This document shows, piece after piece, positions 1-10,957 of a stretch of 40,430 nucleotides of DNA; the stretch's first letter is position 1; each line of letters opens with the position of its first letter. The notes beneath the pieces are model-generated. The model did not search any database. It saw nothing but the letters and a program-made list of their open reading frames with translations, and had not been told where the DNA came from. A program made the translations under genes and the position numbers. The stretch comes from Phoronis australis (Eukaryota; Animalia; Phoronida), in NCBI GenBank assembly GCA_002633005.1, contig NMRA01000462.1:1-40430 (forward strand), written 5' to 3'.

Positions 1-2011
1 ACCTGTATCCAAGAATAAATATTAATACTCTGAAATATCTCACCCTCCGCGTTTCGTTTCTTTGACGTTGTTTGAGATTGCGGTATCGTGAAACAACGCC
101 GTCGGGTGAGAGAAGTTGCACCGAGTAACTGGAATTGGCTGCAGTTCTTTCCTTAAGAATGCCCGTACTCAACTGTGTCATTTTCTTGGCAAGTCTCTTG
201 CCTGCCGAAATCTTTCTGAGCATTGAAGACCTCGGCCTTTTCCAGCGCCAATCAACCTTTTAGCTGCTACAGAAATGTTATGCCTAATTTCCTACCATTT
301 TAGCACACTTTGTGGCTCTGCTACAGTTAGCACTGCCATAATCGTATTATTTTCTTAATTCCGCCACAGTATGCATACTTGGAAGTTAGTTTTGCTAAGT
401 GTTTTTCCAAATTAAGCCACAACAGTTGTTCATCATTAAATGCCTCAGATTCCTCGACACAATGGGCATTTCCGTCAACACAAAACCCACCCTTGCCATT
501 CTTAAAAAATCGTATATATGTGCTATAATTGCTTCAAAAGACCGACAGTAACCGTGGCTGGAATGTCTGCAGCTTCGACTAAGTCTACAGCAAACTCCTG
601 TTGAAATTCTCCACACTTCAAAATTCTTGTTTGCAGGTGCTGATAATTGCCTTCAATGGTTTTCATAATAAGAGACTAGAAAGCACACACGCCCACTGGC
701 CTGCTGACTTACATTTTCACTGGCCATCTTGCTACAGTCGACTTGCGCAATAGCCGAATTAGTGTCCACATTTGTGATCACGCGCCGGGTACAGGCCCAT
801 GAGACAAGTTGCAGCAACAAATTCGGTACGAATCCATAAAACCTTTTACACGCACAATTAAATGCGCAAATCTGCTCCTGTATGTCTTAAACCTTTAATT
901 TAATGCTCAAGCTATGCAACGAGTGCGTGCTGAAACACAACATTGACCTTGGACCAACGATGGACTCCTTGCATCAGGACTTTAGTAAGCGGGGGGAGGG
1001 CAAGTTCCACCCCAAAAAATTGCATGCCTCAGGGTTAAACCATGGCAACCGACGAAGGTGTGGGGATGGGGAAAGACAAAAAGGAAAGACTTCGAATACT
1101 GATCAGAGAGAAAACTCAAGAGAACTTTGAAAACTCGGTATCACTGTATGGTTTACCATTTGAGGGCCCCGACCAGGACAATTGTTGTTAGGGTCTCCGT
1201 TTTTGCACCATAGGTCGTCTAAGCGCTCTTGAAAATGTGCACTTAACCATTCATAAATGTATTTCGAAAACTCGAGAAAATTTGTACAGCAAAAATTTTG
1301 CGGAGCGTAGTAAAGGAGCATGCCACCCCAAAACAACCTAATTTGTATCAATTTAGATCGAGTAGTTCTACTCCATAATGGCACGCGTGGTTGCGTTACC
1401 TGACACCTGACGGCAGACTGAGGTTTTGAAATTATCCAATGACGTAATTAGTTTCACACGCAGTCTGTTCAGCAGTTCACAACACGGGTTACTGGTGTCA
1501 GCTTATCGCTTGAATTCATCGTTTTACACCAATAAATCATCAAACTTCGATGTAAAACCCTTAAAAATACACCGAGTTCGTATAAAAACCTGTTGTTTTA
1601 TTTCGCTGTTACGGATTTATTGGTATTTGGACACGGCCGTAGCCTACAACGGCTCGGCATTCCAATAAGGTCCGTAGCAGGAGTTTGGAGTCTTTTCGGA
1701 GATAAATTCGAAGTATTTTTCCGTGAGATACAGACAGGAGAACCTAGGCTGTGTTGTTTAGAATTGTGATTTTTTTGAGTTCTAAACACGCAAAACGCTC
1801 GTTATCCCGACCAGTGGCTCGGAAACTGATCAGACATCACGAACATAAACCAGCCAAAGTTGGAAACTAAACTTCTAGTCAGGAAAATACTATACTAGTG
1901 AGCCAAAGTAATGTGCACGTGATTATGTTGGTGAATTAGCCACGAAACTGCAAATCTACTTACTCGTCGGGGCCGCGAATTTAGATTCCGCTTTGTCCAC
2001 AGCACCGTCAG

Positions 2012-2244
2012 CATGCGCACACCCAGCGTTCAATATGGGGGGCTCAAATTTCTGACGTTGTGAACCTTTTGGTAACAAAAAAGCGGGTGAGCTAAAAAAA
2101 ACGGGGCACCACTGTGAACTGCGCGATTGTGCTTATTTAGAGGACTTTAGTCACTTTTTGTTTCCCAGAGGCGGACCTTTTTGTCCACTTCGCCACTTTG
2201 CCCTAGCTCGTTCGAGCCCCTGAGCCCCCCTGGGTGCGCGCATG
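2012..2244. mobile_element. hAT-like MITE (~233 bp)
   Basis: Left end CATGCGCACACCCAG (2012); reverse complement of right end CATGCGCGCACCCAG (ends 2244); flanks GTCAG / GTCAT. Confidence 0.65.
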
Positions 2245-2604
2245 GTCATGGCAGAAGCTGTACATTGACAATCATTATTTGAATAATGTAAATATAAATA
2301 AAGATTCCCCTAACACCTGGCCGTGGGATGGAAATCGAGTTGTTTCACAACAGTTTCTGCCATCTAACACTAACTTAGCATGAGCTCACACGGCCTCGGT
2401 GTCCTGTCAATTAGTTTTGTTGCTCTTAAAGCCGGTAACGCAGGGATTTATTCATTGCTGGCTTCTCAAATCATGTTTGCACTCAGGAACACTCCAATTA
2501 CAAATTGCATCTAATGAGACAGACTTTGTTTCAGTTTTATATAAGTATTGGTTAGGGTGAGAATAATTCATTTTGAAACAGAACGCTCAGTAATAAACGT
2601 CAAC

Positions 2605-2780
2605 ATGGCAACTCGCAATCCCCGCGACTTAGACGAGAGCTCATCAGTCCCGACGAAGACTTCGTAGGTGGATCGTTAGGTTTCACAGGCTATCAGTTCG
2701 AACAGGAATACAGTGATGAAGAAATACTAAAGAGGCGCCGTGAACAAGCTCAGACAACGGAACGTAGGGATAGTTATTTG
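2605..2780 (+). pseudogene. First exon of a KolX / P2X7-ballast-like (nanor-like) protein, frameshifted
   Basis: ATG at 2605. After a frameshift it reads SPDEDFVGGSLGFTGYQFEQEYSDEEILKRRREQAQTTERR, matching the GYMFEPEF motif of the 39690 copy. Ends at TG|GCAAGC, a donor-like site. Confidence 0.5.
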
Positions 2781-2807
2781 GCAAGCTGGGATTCGTCAGG
2801 CACTCAC

Positions 2808-3007
2808 GCGGCTGTCGACCACTGCAGGCCACAAACAAGGAGATGTTCCACGGCCTCATACTTGCTATTTACAGCGTACTTTTCATTCTTCACTACTGCG
2901 ATCCACTTCCTAAACATTTCGGACTCTCGAGGAAGTCGAAAAAACGATCTCCCCGCTTTCCTCGCAGCTGCATAGCTCGCACAAGTGGGAACGATGCACC
3001 GCAACAT
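2808..3007 (-). pseudogene. THAP zinc-finger exon of a DNA transposase
   Basis: MLRCIVPTC...SFFRLP...RKWIAVV...LLVCGLQW fits the THAP C2CH pattern with the His replaced by Gln. Followed by the splice donor GTGAGT. Confidence 0.75.
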
Positions 3008-3430
3008 AGCGGCATTCACTCTCATTTAGTGCAGATGAACCACTGACGTCGCTGGCGTCGTTTCTCACCTTCCTCACAGGTTAACGAGACACCTCTTGGC
3101 AAGNNNNNNNNNNNNNNNNNNNNNNNNNNNNNNNNNNNNNNNNNNNNNNNNNNNNNNNNNNNNNNNNNNNNNNNNNNNNNNNNNNNNNNNNNNNNNNNNN
3201 NNNNNNNNNNNNNNNNNNNNNNNNNNNNNNNNNNNNNNNNNNNNNNNNNNNNNNNNNNNNNNNNNNNNNNNNNNNNNNNNNNNNNNNNNNNNNNNNNNNN
3301 NNNNNNNNNNNNNNNNNNNNNNNNNNNNNNNNNNNNNNNNNNNNNNNNNNNNNNNNNNNNNNNNNNNNNNNNNNNNNNNNNNNNNNNNNNNNNNNNNNNN
3401 NNNNNNNNNNNNNNNNNNNNNNNNNNNNNN

Positions 3431-3712
3431 CCGGAGGGTTCAAATTGGAAGTTCGCGTCGTATGACATCGTATGACGTCATATGACGTAGGAGATGCGAG
3501 CCTCATTTGCATATTTAAGTGACATCTGTTGGTTCAAAAAAGAGGATCATGCCCGAGTACATGCCTGGGAAGAGGCATCTTTTTAAGGGTAAAACAAGTC
3601 ATGTTCAAAGCATCCTAGTGCCATTAATATGCAGTCTTTGGGGACCAAAGTGGTGCCATTTTATAGCTAAAGAGTTAAGCTTTCAAGCACAATGCTTGGA
3701 TTCCAGACGACT
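3431..3712. mobile_element. Probable Kolobok-type right terminus
   Basis: Ends CT|TTAA (3711-3716). Carries three tandem TATGAC(A/G)T units and an ATTTGCAT octamer. Terminal match to the 2430 left end is weak. Confidence 0.35.
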
Positions 3713-4298
3713 TTAACATTTACTTTTGAAATCACTTTTGAATATCCGTTAAAATGCGCTAAAACAGTTGTCCCTTCCTGGTCATCTCTTCCTGCTGAAA
3801 AGCATGACAGTGTGAAGTTTTATTCCTTGCCTGGGAGGGAACTGGTGTTTTATCGGCTCAAGAAACACTGAAGACCAAAAATATCTAAAGAGAATAAAAC
3901 CTAACATGTACATTTCCATGTATAATTGAAGCATAATTTAAAAATATTATGGGTGGTTGCATTTCAACGTAATTAAAAATTATGGGTGGTGGGTTGGAAA
4001 AATGAAAGAAAAATATGGGTAGTGGGTGCAAAATGAAAGTGCGTCCCACCACTCCCATACATATTTTACTGGAACAGCCGTTAGAGTATCGTGAATATTT
4101 TGGCACAAAATAGTCCATCTTTGATTCAAAAAGTTTCAGTTAGTGGAATTGTTTTTGTTGGGTTGTTACCCGATTGATCATATAAGTGATGTTGGTCGAT
4201 AAATATGAGTAGACAAAGCAAAACGTTTTTGAACTGATGCAGGCTACATCCAGCAACTGCTCATTACCGGATATCGTTTATTAACTATAAACACTAGA

Positions 4299-4525
4299 TG
4301 TCGTAACAATACGGTTACGTATCCTCCCCTTTAGGTTTAGAACACTCGCCATTGTGTTCGTTAAGGTTTTTTCCCCGGACCCCGTCTCGTTTTCCGGTTT
4401 CTGTCGATTCGACTTGTTCGTCAATAAACGCTATCAAACCTTGTTTTATTTAACTTACTGTTGTGGTGGCAGCTGCTCTTACCCACCCGAAGATACTCTA
4501 ATGCAACTTTAGTCTTCTGACAACA
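4299..4525 (+). repeat. Putative 5' LTR / primer-binding region
   Basis: TGT start at 4299, AATAAA near 4423, TGGTGGCAGC at 4464-4473 (resembles a tRNA-Leu PBS), and an alternative ACA end at 4525. The boundary is ambiguous because there is no second LTR to compare. Confidence 0.4.
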
Positions 4526-4595
4526 AGGACACTTGTTATTTTTGAGTGTATGACGTGAGTAATTGACATTTTTAGATCCGGAACCTTCATTCAAC

Positions 4596-5800
4596 ATGGC
4601 CGTACGCGCCCCCAAACAGTGGTCTTTAACTAAAACAGAGACCATCACCACGTATGAGAACTGGGGGCAGAATCTTATATATACTCTTAGTCTAGACAAA
4701 ACCTTTGAGCCGTTTCTGACTTCTCAGTGGTTCAAGAAAACCAGTTTCAACCCGTTGCGAGGTCTCGTCGATGACGGCACCGACGTCGATGCTGCCGAGC
4801 GACTGACCGCCGTACAAAAGAATGCTCGACTTGAACTCATGCTCGGACAAGTGACTAACTACTACCCCGTCATCTCCCGGAACTCGATAGTAAAGATCTC
4901 GGTGTCTCTGGCTGACATCTGGCAAAAAATCAGACAGCACTTTGGCTTTGCCTCAACCGGCGCTCATTTTTTAGACCTTTGCAATATCCGCCTGCAACCC
5001 GACGAGCGTCCCGAGGACCTCTACCAACGTTTGACTGCCTTCTTCGAAGACAATCTCCTCTCACCTGACTGTGGCCTTGCCCACCATGGAGCCGCCGTGG
5101 ATTATGAGGAGGACTTGACCCCGACGCTGGAAAATGTTACTGTATATATATGGCTTGGACTGGTTCACCCTGGCTTGCCACTTCTAGTCAAGCAAAAGTA
5201 TGGCGTTGAGCTTCGTAACAACACGCTTGTTTCGATTAAAACGGAAATATCTCTCGCACTAACTTCACTCCTGGAGGAACTCCGGACTATCGAGGACCCC
5301 CGTGTGATGCGCATTGGTGCACCTCCTGGTCGCAGAAGAAAGTTTTATTCTTGCATTTTCTGCAAGACCACCGGCCGACCATTGTCTTCCCACAACCTTG
5401 AAGATTGCAGATTCCTACTTGACAGCGATAAGCGTCGCATCACCAGATCACGCCGGGTTACGGATTTTGAAGACGATGACGCTGATCTTGACGACGAACC
5501 GTCCACCGAAGCTGCCGACGCCTCCTGTGGCTTTATGTCACCTGACATCCAATCAGATCGACGTGTCACTATTATGCAGTCTCCTGTCTTGAAATTCTTC
5601 TTCGAGGATCATCCCGTGCAAGTCACACTAGACACTGGTGCTACTACTAACATGGTGCGCGAGTATGCCGTATCGTTATACGGTATGACTATTTCCCCCG
5701 CTTCGCAGATAGCCCGCCAGGCCGACGGCATTACCCCCCTTGAGGTTGTTGGCGAGATCCACTGCCGGCTTACACGTAGCTCTCACAACTTTCGTCCGGA
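4596..5800 (+). pseudogene. gag: Gag with zinc knuckle and aspartic protease
   Basis: MAVRAPKQWSLTK... open frame; CIFCKTTGRPLSSHNLEDC knuckle; LDTGA protease motif at 5628; frameshift near 5800. Confidence 0.85.
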
Positions 5801-5803
5801 TGT

Positions 5804-7021
5804 GTGGTGGTTCGCCAGCTTGATGTTGACATTCTTGCTGGAAATCCCTTCATGTCCTACAATGACATTGCTGTTCACCCCGCTATGCGCCAGATCGTAC
5901 ATGTTGGTTCTGATGTCGTCCCCTGCGGTGTCAGTACTCCCAAGGAGACGTTACCCACCGCACGACTTACCCAGTCTTTTCTCATGCGTTGCCCAAAGCG
6001 TTCTGTCGTTCTCCCCGGCCAGTACATCGAACTACCGACCACGGCTGATGCCCCCCTAGATACCACTTCGGCGTTCGAACCTAGGTTGGATAACCCTCTC
6101 GATAAATCACTCGACCCTAAGATGGCTTGGCCACGACCATAGGAAATCTCCTCAGTCGCCCACACTGTTCGTGTAAAGAACTATACTGATTCACCAATGC
6201 TAATTAAACATGGCGAACACATCTACCAGGTGCAACAACTTTCAGAGTCGCTACCCGCCCGTGTCACAGGTCCTACTACATCCGCCACTAGCACCCCGCC
6301 TCCAGGCCCCCATACTAGACCACCATTTTCTGATTCCATCAAGCTTGACCCTGATTTACTCCTCCCTGGCGACATGCGGTTCCGCTTCCAAAACCCTGCC
6401 GTTTCTAGGTACAATGGCGCTAGTGGGAAGATAGAGGTTGTTGTGAATTTTGGACCCACTCTCCCTCCTCAACGGAAAGGCCGACTTCCCCAATACAACC
6501 TCGAATCTCTTGTTGAACTTCAGACACAATTTGATGAGCTCGAGGCAGCTGGTGTTTTCGCCAAGCCAGAACAGGTGAATGTTCATGTAGAATATCTCAA
6601 CATCTCATTCCTCATCAAAAAGCCAAGCGGCGGTTGTCGGCTTGTTACCTCGTTTGGAGACGTTGCCCGCTATTGTAAGTCCCAACCGTCCCTCATGCCC
6701 AATGTGGACAGTGTCCTACGCGACATCGGAAAATCTCATAGTATCTGACCTCTTGCAGTCCTTCTACCAGATTCCTCTCAGTCATTCATCTATGAAATAT
6801 TGTGGTGTCGCTACGCCATTTAAAGGCATTCGCGTTTACACTCGATCTGCAATGGGGATGCCGGGATCAGAGACTTGTCTTGAGAAGCTCATGTCCAGAG
6901 TTCTGGGTGATTTCATTCAACAAGGTTGGGTCACCAAAATCGCAGATGATCTGTATGTAGGTGGAAGCTCACCTGACCAGGTGCTCCAACGTTGGCGACT
7001 AGTCCTCCGGGCTGTTCGGCG
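5804..7021 (+). pseudogene. pol: Pol: linker and reverse transcriptase, frameshifted
   Basis: [43 protein letters not shown] and KIADDLYVG (6939-6950); stop at 6140 and frameshift near 6740. Confidence 0.9.
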
Positions 7022-7195
7022 NCGATGACAACCGGTAATCATACGCTCAGAGAGAAGGGTCAAATACTGTTAAAAAATCGCTTTTGGCAAAAAAGGCGAA
7101 AAGAATATAAAGAAAGGGTGTCGAAAATAAGAATTTATGTAGTAAGTATTTTCGGATACTGGAACCACATGGGCAGTTTGCAAGAAGGACTTTAA

Positions 7196-8165
7196 GTATC
7201 GACGTTTCTATCTACATTGAGCCGTTATGGCGTTTCTTTACACCACATTGCCGGTGCAGCGAACCTCCCCTCCGACTTCTCCAGAAGAAACCCAACATCC
7301 TGCCAAGACTCCTCTTGTCAGGTATGTAAGTTCATTGCCGAACTGGAAGATTCAGTCGTTCGAAGCTTGTCGGTTGATGATGTTCTTCAGAGCGCCATGC
7401 GTATGCCCTTCACAAGCCTCGCAGCTTGGCTGTTGACCCAACAGGAATGCCCAGACCTTCGCCTAAGCGATGCCCACCTGTCTCAGGATACTCGCCCATC
7501 GCGTAAACAAAGCAAAATCAAAGATGTCAGGCGTTATCTCAATGCGGGCTCAATCGCCAACGACGGCGTCTTAGTTGATAAGTCAGCTGAGTCATTCCAA
7601 CCCCCAACGGGAACGTATCGTTGTCCCACGCCCCGTTCTGAATGAATTTGCTCACAGCCATTCACATACGCTTTGCCATCCATCCAAGTACCAAACAAAG
7701 CGTCTCTTTACTCGCTACTTCTTTTGCACTTGACATCGATAAGGCCATTGACGCTGTCACTTCTGCCTGTCACATCTGCCAGTCCGTCAAAACCATACCT
7801 GCCTATTTCCAACCCCAGTCTAACCCCCCTCCGACGTTGTCGGCTCGTCATTCGCGGCTGATATTATGCGACGTCATCGGCAGTTCATCTTCGTTATCAG
7901 GGAGACTGTCACTTCATACACGTTAACCTCCCTAATCCAAAATGAGACTCATGATGAACTTCGAAACATTCTAGTTATTCTTTGTTCTGCATTATGCCCT
8001 CTTACTGAAAACGGAATAACTGTTCGAGTCGACGCGGCTCCTGGATTCGTTGCTTTGAAGAATGACCAGATGTTACTTTCACGTGGTATTCACCTTGACA
8101 TTGGTCAAGTTAAGAACGCCAATAAGAATCCTGTGGCTGAACATGCAGTTGGTGAGTTGGGCATC
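7196..8165 (+). pseudogene. pol: Pol: RNase H C-terminus and integrase, frameshifted and truncated
   Basis: LSRYGVSLHHIAGAANLPSDFSRRN (RNase H end); H..H..CHIC zinc motif; RVDAAPGF and NKNPVAE core motifs. Confidence 0.85.
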
Positions 8166-9078
8166 AGTAAGAAATAGGCTACTGTCTTCTTCAGTAAACC
8201 AACCACTGTGCAGCAAATCGGTCAACAAAGGAACAGCGTTATCAGAAAATCTCGATTAATTCGAAAAGTTAAGACGTCCTAGCGAAAAATGAAAAATATC
8301 TTATGAAAGCCGGTTAAAACTCTACCGAACTGTACAGATTTCTGGTCGGTTAATATACATGGCAAGAAAATCCCGGCAAACAAAATTATTTGCAAAAAAA
8401 CGCCAAATTTGACAATTTTCTCCCCGAAATATCCACTTCCCTGCAAGTGCTAGAAGAAGTCTGACTACAGATTCAGAATGCTCATCCTCACTAGAGTCTA
8501 ACTATGTGGTCATAGTAAGTCTCTTACCAGCTACGTTTTTAGCAAATTTAATCTGTCTGACAGCCACCTGAAATCGCACCCGGTTTCTCGGACAGCAGAC
8601 GACAGACGACAGGGGTTGATAGCAAATGAGAGCCACCAGTTTGCATCAAAAGTAGGTAAACTTGGCTTTTCTCATTCAAAAACAAGTAAATAAGTTTCCT
8701 GGCAATTGTTGTCAACAATTTCCTCAAACCACCCGCCAAACCTGACACACGCCCTCAACATAAATTCTAGGGACTAGAAAATGCTCCGTCGCTGCAGCCT
8801 GACTGTGCAGTGCTACCTACAGTCTTGAGCGTCAATAGACAAAATTAACGACGATGATGATTATGATGATGAAGGTGGCGATGATGAACAACATCATAAC
8901 ATTCATACGACGAACTTAGATGTCATAACTTAGTAAGAAATAAGCTACAGTCTTGTTCAAATAAACTAAACCAACATCAATGCAGTAAGAGCTATCAGAA
9001 AATCTCAAATAATTCAAAAAGTAGACGTCCTAACCAAAAATGGAAAACAACTTCTGAAAGCCCGTTCCAAATTCTATC
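8166..9078 (+). repeat. Diverged direct repeat pair, ~150-160 bp (8166-8326 and 8932-9078)
   Basis: Both copies read AGTAAGAAATA(G/A)GCTAC..GTCTT...TATCAGAAAATCTC..AATTC.AAAAGT..AGACGTCCTA...TGAAAGCC. Confidence 0.75.
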
Positions 9079-9890
9079 TAAATTGATAGTTTCGCAACAT
9101 TCCATAATTTTTTCGAAAAAACTGAAATTTTTTAGTTTTTTTGAAATTCAAAGTCAAATAACTCGAAAACGGTAAGTTTGAGAAAACGTTACTGCAAAAC
9201 TTTTGAAAGAACATACTTCAAGGAATCCACATGCAAAAATTCATGTCATTTGCTCTTCCCGTTAAAATGCGACCATAGAACGATTGAAAACGATTGAAAA
9301 TGCGCCAGAGCCGCCATCTTGAAAATGACTTCCGGTTTGACAAAATTTTATAAAAACAGATTGAATGCAACAAACACGTTATCAGTTTGAAAATGATTGG
9401 TTCACCAATGTGCCCTCTACAGGAGAAAACTTCGGCCAGTTATCAAGGTGCGCCTGCGCCCTTGCCGATATTTCCGCCATCTTTGACCGAAAGTTGAACA
9501 CTTACGGCGCAGTTGTAGTGCTTGTGTGCTTTAATAATCGTGCCAACGTTCAGCTATGCACGTCGAAAAATGCGGCCTCTATGAGCAATGTCTTCATGAT
9601 CTTGTTCAATAACCTGGTTCCCGGGCCTCACAAGCTGACGTCACGGATTGCTGTGAAGGCCCAGGTACAGCGCACTAGAACGATGGCTTTCAATGGCTGT
9701 CAGCTGGCAATTTTTAACCAGGAAATTTGCTCTGCGCATGCTGACATCCGGTATTACGTTATCAGGTCGCTAGGTGTCCCTAGAGTAAAGTTATTTTGCG
9801 ACTGGGTCGCGTTTGCGGTCGGGGGAACTCTCTGGTGAGGTAGCTGTTTATATATTGTGATATTACCAAATAACTGAAGTAAAATCATGC

Positions 9891-10957
9891 AATGGGGCTA
9901 TTCGGAGAATTCTCGCGGTGTCGCTGCTGTACTAGTGGTGATTAAATTGCGCATGCGTCGCTGTCTGCATGTAAACAGCTGGGAAAAAGACGGATTGTTA
10001 TCAAAATACGTCGTCGCGCAAAGCCTTATTATTACTATTTTCCGTGGTGCAAGTTTTCGACAGGTGGTCACAAATTACCAAAAGACCTAAGGTTACTACA
10101 TTCGTGGAGCATTGCGGTCAAAAGGGTCAACCAACTGAGAAAAAGTGTGTGGATGCCGAAGCCCCTTTGGGAGACTACATAAGTACATAAGGTTACTTGG
10201 TAAGTTTTTAGCAATCAAGTTTCTATCGACATCGTTCGGTGATGTTATCCCCACCAGTTACCCACGGAATAACGGGTTTATTGAATGGAACTAAGTGTTT
10301 CTTTTCGGAAACTCACCCAGGACTCAGATGCCGGGTAGGCTAGCAGCACATACATATTGTCCTCCAAGGGTGGGAATGCGCCCAATATAAGAGGTGTGTG
10401 GTACGTGACGCTCAGAAGTCAGGGGTGCCTTTTTCACAGCAGTTTCTCTTCAAAGCTATGCTATGTCCAATAAAATTCTCTAGAAGAGTGGGTTTCCTTA
10501 TCTCATAGCGGACCCCACCCCCAAGACTTCCAGATTAGTTACCAAATTTACATGAGTAAGCTATTCAGTAGACGTCATAACATTGCATTGGAATAAAAAT
10601 TGACACCTAGAATGAATTTTACTTGAGGTCAGATGCTCATTTTAGGTGTCGTGAAAAATAAAATACACATTATTAAATCAGTTTTAGCTTGTTTCACATA
10701 GTTTAATTCAGATCTTAAATAAGACTTGGATACAAAGATTTAGTTTCTACATATAAACATGAAGATGAAACGTCAAGTATGTTCTGCCTTACTAAAGTAG
10801 TTTTGTCTTGTGTTTTCTTTTATAATTTGCTAATATTTCTCTGACTACTCTGTTACAGGTGAGAGAAAACGACTGAAGCCAGCCGCCTGACCATCTATTT
10901 TACCTTTGGACAAAGTGAAAAGTAATCCTTCAGCAATAACCTGAGAGAATTGAACCT
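9891..10957 (+). repeat. ~1.07-kb transposon end; inverted copy of 27076-28330
   Basis: Begins AATGGGGCTATTCGGAGAATTCTC and is colinear with the reverse complement of 27076-28330 up to the single N at 10958. Confidence 0.9.

Larger units (their letters stand above)
2430..3103. mobile_element. Kolobok-like DNA transposon derivative; right end lost in the N gap
   Basis: Starts TTAA|AGCCGG (TTAA 2426-2429). Contains a + strand KolX/P2X7-like N-terminus and a - strand THAP exon facing each other. Confidence 0.6.
4299..8165 (+). mobile_element. Ty3/Gypsy LTR retrotransposon, decayed and 3'-truncated
   Basis: Domain order gag-PR-RT-RNaseH-IN, with multiple frameshifts and stops. Putative 5' LTR begins TGTCGTAAC. 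No 3' LTR found. Confidence 0.92.

Noticed and set aside
1-896. Cys-containing - strand frames and a possible transposon end near 896
   Set aside because: Frames are riddled with stops and no diagnostic motif or partner terminus was found.
3022-3512. ORFs spanning the N gap
   Set aside because: Artefacts of translating Ns.
3927-4080. Short ATGGGTGG repeats ending TTACTGGAACAGCC, resembling a Harbinger MITE end
   Set aside because: No partner TIR identified.
9300-9838. 157-aa ORF with nearby YY1/ETS-like motifs
   Set aside because: No recognisable domain; such motifs are common in TE ends and do not establish a promoter.
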